In this document: positions 49,084-49,778 of the stretch, one piece after another
Position numbering within the stretch: the first letter of the stretch is position 1
Layout: each line of letters starts with the position of its first letter
Origin: Octopus bimaculoides
Taxonomy: Eukaryota
DNA length: 49,778 nt
Direction: 5' to 3'
Assembly: GCF_001194135.2 (NCBI RefSeq)
Contig: NC_068986.1
Span: 96,700,483-96,750,260 of the forward strand
Position numbers and translations under genes: made by a program
Notes under the pieces: generated by a model
Database searches by the model: none
What the model was told of the DNA's origin: nothing
The model's input: only the letters and a program-made list of their open reading frames with translations

Positions 49084-49778
49084 CAGGGGTTGGACAAAAT
49101 AATGGAAACACCTAGCATCATGATTTTGAAATATCTATAAAACCACCAAAAGCTAGTTTATTTTTATGTTTTTTGATTTATTATTAGTGTTGCTTAAAAT
49201 GTTTTGCTAAAATTTCTGTTTCTTTTCAGATATCATCAGAAAAAGGTAATTAAAATTCGTTAAAACGACAGATCTATCGGACTTTCAAAGAGGCCAAATT
49301 GTTGGTGCTCGTATAGCAGGCATTAGCATAACGAAAACAGTCGAAATGTTTGGTGTATCAAGAAGTACTGTCTCAAAAGTAATGACAGCCTTCAAGAAAG
49401 AGGGAAAAACCTCCTCATCAAAACAAAACTCTGGAAGAAAACCAAAACTTTCATATTGGGACCGTTGGATTCTTACGCGAATTGTCAGAAAAGATCACGA
49501 AAGTACAGCTCCCAAAATTACTGCAGAGCTTAATGACCACCCCGAAAACCCAGTTTCCACAAAAAACTGTTTGCCAGAAGCAGCACAAAGCCGGATTTCA
49601 CGGGAGGGCTGCAATGAGAAAACCACTACTTTCAAAAACAAACATTGCAAAGCATTTAGAGTGGAGTAAAAACTTACAGAATTGGTCCCTAGAGCAGTGG
49701 AAGAATGTTATTTTCTCGGACGAGTCATCCTTTACCTATACGTGTGGAGACAGCTAAAAGAAGCATTTGACCCAGACT
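49084..49778 (+). mobile_element. Tc1-like transposon, left part (runs off the window), inactive
   Basis: TA followed by CAGGGGTTGGACAAAATAATGGAAACACC; DLSDFQRGQIVGAR...SGRKPKLS...KPLLS...VIFSDES with a frameshift near 49560. Confidence 0.9.

Overview
AT-rich, repeat-dense eukaryotic DNA from a draft assembly with 7 N-gaps (about 16997-17256, 30148-30451, 31792-31801, 33227-33427, 36435-36708, 40569-40578, 46463-46562). The repeat families and gene content look like a coleoid cephalopod (Octopus-like); this is from recall and not database-checked. The host genes are four paralogous C2H2 zinc-finger genes with 14, 14, 9 and 13 fingers (-, -, +, -). Each has a single coding exon and no recognisable KRAB/SCAN/BTB/ZAD domain. 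Shared finger blocks appear in different order between paralogs. Three genes have homologous splice acceptors, three have a short uORF right after the acceptor, and decayed fingers trail into the 3' UTRs. Between them lie decayed transposons: two Tc1 elements, a DDxD mariner, a hAT/Buster element with TIRs and TSD, a Helitron helicase fragment, HINE-like repeats, a 638-bp foldback element, RTE-like LINE pieces and several tRNA-derived SINE families. The longest LINE copy has a C4HC3 PHD finger inside its RT. There are also two orphan rDNA fragments (28S and 18S), each abutting a half-copy of the same SINE family. No CRISPR array, operon or intact transposase is present. SINE/repeat family letters (A-E) and ZNF numbers are my own labels. 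Repeat boundaries were read by eye and may be off by tens of bases.
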